From: Nitrospirae bacterium MYbin3
GTDB lineage: Bacteria > Nitrospirota > Thermodesulfovibrionia > Thermodesulfovibrionales > Dissulfurispiraceae
Assembly: GCA_002753335.1 (NCBI GenBank)
Contig: PEAD01000013.1
Coordinates: 62,001 to 83,795, forward strand
Reading direction: 5' to 3'
Length of the DNA: 21,795 nt
This document shows positions 17,586 to 21,795 of the stretch, in pieces; within the stretch, counting starts at the first letter, position 1, and every line of letters begins with the position of its first letter. The notes beneath the pieces were generated by a model, which did no database searches, had not been told where the DNA came from, and worked only from the letters and a program-made list of their open reading frames with translations. Made by a program: the position numbers and the translations under genes.

Positions 17586-18892
17586 TTCTGCTCCTCCTTC
17601 TGCTCGGCATCGTTTTTTTCGAGTTTTACCTTAGCTATTCTTTGGCCCACCATTTCTATTATTCTCAGTTTTTTGTCCTCGAAATCCACGATGTCTCCGT
17701 TTTGAGGTATCCTCTGAAGTGCGTCCATTATGTATCCGCCGAGTGTTTCATACTCAGGCGATTCCGGCAGCTCTATGTTGTAGTCGTCTTTTAGATCGCT
17801 TATGCTGATAGAAGCATCTATGATCATCGTGCCGTCGGTCAGTTGTATTACAGGACTCTCGGTGTCGTACTCGTCTCGTATCTCGCAAACAATCTCTTCT
17901 ATTAAATCTTCGAGTGTGACAAGTCCTGATACTCCTCCGTATTCGTCTATGACCACCGCCATATGGATTCTCTTTTTCTGCATCTCTTTAAGAAGTATGC
18001 TTATCTTCATCGTTTCGGGGATGAAGAACGGCGGTTTGACTATCTTATGTATGCTTGTAGGCTCAGATTTATGAAGGATGTTGTAGAAATCTTTGGCGTA
18101 CAGGATTCCCCGCACATCATTTATGTCTTTGCCGATTACAGGGTAGCGCGAGAATTTTTCTTCTGCGATTATCGATTTAACCTCGTCAGATTTCATATGA
18201 ATGCCTATTGTTAGCATCTGCGGAGCAGGCACCATCACCTCTTTGACAGAGGTGTCTGTAAATTCAAATACGCTGTGGATAAGTTTTTTTTCTTCGGGTT
18301 CGAATACTCCCTGCTCACCGCCTTCTTCTATCAGGAGTTTCACTTCCTCTTCAGAAATATAGGCCCTCTCTGTGAAAGACTTTTTGCCGAACGGCCTCAA
18401 GATTATATTTGTGCTTACAGTAAGTATTTTTACGAACATGCTTGCCAGAAGTGAGAATTTCTTTATTAGCGGGGCGGTGAAAAGCCCGATGCCTTCAGGG
18501 TTAGATAGCGCAATAGATTTTGGTATCAACTCTCCAAAAACAAGAGAAAAATAAGTTATGACTAAAACCACTATGCCTAATGAAATCGCTTCGCTCGAAA
18601 TAGAAATCAAGTGTATTGGTATGCTTTGAATAGCGGGCTTTATCACCTGAATAGCTGCTGCGCCGCCTATAGCCGAAGCAATCGCTCCGGACATGGTTAC
18701 GCCTATCTGAATTGCGGCAAGGAACCTGTCAGGGTTTTCCCTCAATGCGTTGAGGGTTTTAGCGTTTGGAACGTCTTCCTCAAGCAGTTGCCTGATACGG
18801 CTTCTTCTAAGTGTAACTACAGCAATCTCTGCGGCGGCGAAGAAACCGTTGATAATAATAAAGACTGATATCAGCAGTATGTCAGGGAGCAT
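17582..18892 (-). CDS. Hemolysin-family / CNNM (DUF21)-CBS-CorC protein (putative Mg2+/Co2+ transporter)
   Basis: Motifs NGFFAAAEIA, IQIGVT, VFGELIPKSIA, FSRYPV, VVIDEYGG..GLVTLEDLIEEIV.EI.DE and YETLGG. Confidence 0.93.
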   Translation of the reverse strand: MLPDILLISVFIIINGFFAAAEIAVVTLRRSRIRQLLEEDVPNAKTLNALRENPDRFLAAIQIGVTMSGAIASAIGGAAAIQVIKPAIQSIPIHLISISSEAISLGIVVLVITYFSLVFGELIPKSIALSNPEGIGLFTAPLIKKFSLLASMFVKILTVSTNIILRPFGKKSFTERAYISEEEVKLLIEEGGEQGVFEPEEKKLIHSVFEFTDTSVKEVMVPAPQMLTIGIHMKSDEVKSIIAEEKFSRYPVIGKDINDVRGILYAKDFYNILHKSEPTSIHKIVKPPFFIPETMKISILLKEMQKKRIHMAVVIDEYGGVSGLVTLEDLIEEIVCEIRDEYDTESPVIQLTDGTMIIDASISISDLKDDYNIELPESPEYETLGGYIMDALQRIPQNGDIVDFEDKKLRIIEMVGQRIAKVKLEKNDAEQKEEQK

Positions 18893-18907
18893 TTTTTTAT
18901 TTCAATG

Positions 18908-18934
18908 AAAAGTCGGCCTGCCATAAAAGCAGGC
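18908..18934 (-). terminator. Possible weak terminator hairpin after ilvN
   Basis: GCCTGC (18916-18921) / GCAGGC (18929-18934) 6-bp stem, followed on the minus strand by CGACTTTT. Confidence 0.35.
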
Positions 18935-18977
18935 GTTTCCCGGCTGAGGGTAAGGGGTTTCGGTCAAAATATGCCTT

Positions 18978-19466
18978 TTATTTCTTTTTGGATGCTTCCC
19001 GTGCAATAGCAACCGTGCCTGTCCTGATAAACTCTTTTATGCCCATAGGCTTTACAAGTTCGAGGAAGGCTTCTATTTTTTTTACATCGCCGGTTATTTC
19101 TATGGTGTAAGTGTTGGGGCTTGAATCGATGATCCTCCCCCTGAAAATCTCGGCAAGCCTTAGAGCTTCGGCCTTGCTTTCCTGCCGCGGAGATATTTTT
19201 ATCAGCACCATCTCCCTTTCGACATGATCCATTTCGGTCAGGTCGGTTACTTTAATCACATCGATGAGCTTGTGCAGTTGCTTGATTATCTGCTCTATTA
19301 TCCAATCGTCTCCTGTGGTAACGATCGTCATGATAGATATCTGTGGGTCTGTAGTTACGGCTACAGAAAGGCTTTCGATATTGTAGCCTCTGCCGCTGAA
19401 GAGCCCCGAAACCCTCGAAAGAACACCGAATTTATTTTCTACAAGGACAGAAATAGTATGTCTCAT
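18978..19466 (-). CDS. ilvN: Acetolactate synthase small (regulatory) subunit
   Basis: [36 protein letters not shown] domain, [13 protein letters not shown], and C-terminal RTG. Lies directly downstream of ilvB. Confidence 0.96.
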   Translation of the reverse strand: MRHTISVLVENKFGVLSRVSGLFSGRGYNIESLSVAVTTDPQISIMTIVTTGDDWIIEQIIKQLHKLIDVIKVTDLTEMDHVEREMVLIKISPRQESKAEALRLAEIFRGRIIDSSPNTYTIEITGDVKKIEAFLELVKPMGIKEFIRTGTVAIAREASKKK

Positions 19467-19477
19467 TTAGCTTCCTC

Positions 19478-21211
19478 CTACTTTACGGCCTTAAGCTTTT
19501 TTTCGGCCTTAGTCTCTTTTACCTCAAAGAGCATATTATCGATAGATGCCCCGGCAGGAACCATCGGATAGACCTTCTCGTGCCAATCTATAACGAAGTC
19601 CATGAACACAGGCCTCTTTACCTTGAACGCCTCTTTAAGCACCGGCTCGACCTCGCCTGGCTTGGACGCTCTCAGCCCCACTGCTCCGTAAGCATGGGCA
19701 AGTTCAACAAAATCCGGAACCACGTCAAGGTTTGTGTGAGAGTATCTCTCCTGAAAGAAGAGCTCTTGCCACTGCCGAACCATTCCTAAATAACGGTTGT
19801 TCAGTATCGCAACCTTCACAGGCAGTTTGTATATTACGGCAGTTGCAAGTTCCTGAATATTCATTTGGATGCTCCCGTCCCCTGCAATATCGATTACCAG
19901 CTTGTTTGGAAAGGCCAACTGTGCTCCAATAGCGGCAGGGAAGCCATAGCCCATTGTACCAAGCCCGCCTGAGGTTAACCAATGTCTTGGCTTGTCCAGC
20001 TTGTAAAACTGCGCTGCCCACATCTGGTTCTGGCCGACTTCGGTTGTAATTATAGCGTCGCCTTTGGTCAGCTCATGAATTTTTTCGACCACGAACTGAG
20101 GCTTGATAACATCTGTAGTATGCGTGTAAGAAAGCGGATGCTCTTTTTTCCAAGCTGCAATCTGTTTGAGCCATGCTTTTCTTATTTCATGCCACTGTTC
20201 CTGTATCTGTTCCTTCAGCACTTTATTGAGCTGCAGTAAGACTTTCTTGACGTCTCCGACTATCGGTATATCTACCGCAACATTCTTTCTTATGGATGTT
20301 GGATCGATGTCGATATGTATTATTCTGGCGTTAGGAGCGAAGCCTTCTATTTTCCCCGTTACCCTGTCGTCAAAGCGCATTCCAATAGCAATAAGCAGAT
20401 CCGAATCCTGCACCGATTTGTTGGCGTAGTATGTTCCATGCATTCCGAGCATTCCTAAAGACAGGTCGTGTGATCCGGGGAAGCTGCCTAGTCCCATCAA
20501 AGTCATGGTCACAGGGATGTTGCACAGCTCAGCAAATTCTTTCAGCTCGTGAGAGGCCTCGGATATTACGCATCCGCCTCCGGCCACTATGACCGGTTTC
20601 TTTGCCTTAGCTATTTCGTGTGCAGCCTTGTCTATCATCCATTTGTTGCCTTCGTAAGTAGGGTTGTAGCTTCTGATATGGACTTTGTCAGGCCATACAA
20701 AATCTGCCTTGCTTGAGGTCACATCTTTAGGCAGGTCTATGAGAACAGGACCGGGCCTGCCCGATGTAGCTATATGAAAGGCCTCTTTAATAGCCTTGGC
20801 CAGTTCGCTTACATCTTTTACGAGGATATTGTATTTGGTGCAGGGCCTTGTTATTCCTATGATGTCAGCTTCCTGAAACGCGTCATTCCCGATAAGGCTT
20901 GTGGGAACCTGACCGGTAAGAATGACCATCGGGATGGAATCCATCGCCGCTGTTGCTATGCCGGTTACGGTATTGGTTGCGCCGGGGCCTGATGTTACAA
21001 GAGCGACGCCTGCTTTGCCTGTTGCCCTCGCGTAGCCGTCAGCCGCATGCACCGCGCCCTGCTCATGTCTGGTAAGGAAAAGTTTCAGATCTTTTTCGTC
21101 ATGCAGGAGGTCGAATATATTGAGAATCACGCCCCCGGGGTATCCGAAGATGTGTTTAACCCCTTCACGCTTTAAAGACTCGATAAGTATTTCTGCTCCG
21201 GTAATCTTCAT
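19478..21211 (-). CDS. ilvB: Acetolactate synthase large (catalytic) subunit, biosynthetic type
   Basis: Motifs [46 protein letters not shown], and TPP motif GDGS...NN. Start set at ATG 21211 (MKITGAE) with GAGGTG upstream. Confidence 0.96.
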   Translation of the reverse strand: MKITGAEILIESLKREGVKHIFGYPGGVILNIFDLLHDEKDLKLFLTRHEQGAVHAADGYARATGKAGVALVTSGPGATNTVTGIATAAMDSIPMVILTGQVPTSLIGNDAFQEADIIGITRPCTKYNILVKDVSELAKAIKEAFHIATSGRPGPVLIDLPKDVTSSKADFVWPDKVHIRSYNPTYEGNKWMIDKAAHEIAKAKKPVIVAGGGCVISEASHELKEFAELCNIPVTMTLMGLGSFPGSHDLSLGMLGMHGTYYANKSVQDSDLLIAIGMRFDDRVTGKIEGFAPNARIIHIDIDPTSIRKNVAVDIPIVGDVKKVLLQLNKVLKEQIQEQWHEIRKAWLKQIAAWKKEHPLSYTHTTDVIKPQFVVEKIHELTKGDAIITTEVGQNQMWAAQFYKLDKPRHWLTSGGLGTMGYGFPAAIGAQLAFPNKLVIDIAGDGSIQMNIQELATAVIYKLPVKVAILNNRYLGMVRQWQELFFQERYSHTNLDVVPDFVELAHAYGAVGLRASKPGEVEPVLKEAFKVKRPVFMDFVIDWHEKVYPMVPAGASIDNMLFEVKETKAEKKLKAVK

Positions 21212-21411
21212 CCTATGCACCTCGCTGTAAGAAGCGTTTTTATAAAACTATGAATTAATAAAATACCACAGTTTTTGATAATAATTCCATGCTGTTATCT
21301 TGGCATAACTATTTCTAATTATTGTCGGCATAAGTTTATATGTTAAAATTTAAAGTATCTGAATAATCGCCCCATAATTACCGAACTGCTAAAGGAACAC
21401 GGCTTTCTTCA

Positions 21412-21427
21412 TGGCGCTTTTAATGCA
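21412..21427 (+). promoter_or_regulatory. Candidate sigma-54 (-24/-12) promoter
   Basis: TGGCGC-TTTTA-ATGCA: GG at 21413-14 and GC at 21425-26 with the canonical 10-nt spacing, about 30 nt upstream of ATG 21459. Confidence 0.55.
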
Positions 21428-21458
21428 ATGACGACATCTATGAGAGGAAATCAAAACA

Positions 21459-21795
21459 ATGATTAAGCAACCGCAGGCTTCATTATTCGATTTGGTCATG
21501 TGTCTTTCGGAGGCTATTGACCTAGTTGATTTAACTTTGGCAGGACACCATAAGAAAGTTGCGTATATCGGAAGCTGTTTGGGCGCCGAGATGAAACTCC
21601 TGTTATCGCAGCAGACGAATCTGATTCTTGCGGGCGCTTTGCATGATATCGGTGCGCTCTCTTTATCCGAAAGGATGAATACTCTGAGATTTGATTTTCA
21701 GGATAAAAGCAATCTTCATGCCGAGCTTGGAGAAAGGCTTTTGGCCACTTTCCCGCCTTTTGTAAAGCTGCTGCCGATAGTCCGATACCATCATG
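21459..21795 (+). CDS. HD-domain phosphohydrolase, probably HD-GYP type (partial, runs off the window; absent from the ORF track)
   Basis: Manual translation: MIKQPQASLFDLVMCLSEAIDLVDLTLAGHHKKVAYI...AGALHDIG...HAELG...IVRYHH, showing the H...HD...H...HH metal-ligand pattern. SD GAGGA. The GYP motif is not visible within the window. Confidence 0.85.
   Translation, partial: MIKQPQASLFDLVMCLSEAIDLVDLTLAGHHKKVAYIGSCLGAEMKLLLSQQTNLILAGALHDIGALSLSERMNTLRFDFQDKSNLHAELGERLLATFPPFVKLLPIVRYHH

Noticed and set aside
21255..21290. Short minus-strand ORF MELYQKLWYFY upstream of ilvB as an attenuator leader peptide
   Set aside because: Not enriched in Ile/Leu/Val runs, and no terminator/antiterminator hairpins lie between it and ilvB.
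1..21795. CRISPR arrays, tRNA/rRNA genes, IS elements, integrases, phage or defence genes
   Set aside because: No regularly spaced repeats, RNA-gene signatures or mobility motifs were seen. Nearly all sequence is accounted for by the listed CDSs.

Overview
Gene-dense chromosomal segment from a Gram-negative, probably anaerobic or microaerophilic respiring bacterium. The gene content suggests Nitrospirota or Deltaproteobacteria, but this is inference only. From left to right: (1) the end of a periplasmic nitrate reductase (nap) cluster (tail of an upstream gene, napH, napD), followed by a chemoreceptor with a NarX/McpN-type nitrate-sensing motif; (2) a convergent AcrAB/MexAB-OprM-type RND efflux operon with no local regulator; (3) a divergent, tightly coupled operon of pyruvate kinase (interrupted by one in-frame TAA), a VAO/PCMH-type FAD oxidoreductase, a 2x[4Fe-4S] protein and an atypical geranylgeranyl-reductase-family flavoprotein; (4) a PilZ c-di-GMP receptor; (5) a minus-strand run of ilvB, ilvN, CNNM/CBS protein, DUF4136-like lipoprotein, RACo-type ASKHA ATPase lacking its ferredoxin domain, rubredoxin (missed by the ORF track) and a ferritin-like diiron protein; (6) a partial HD-domain gene behind a candidate sigma-54 promoter. 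No rRNA, tRNA, CRISPR array or mobile element was seen. The best candidates for undescribed biology are the pyk/FAD-oxidase/FeS/GGR-like redox operon and the RACo/rubredoxin/ferritin-like module.
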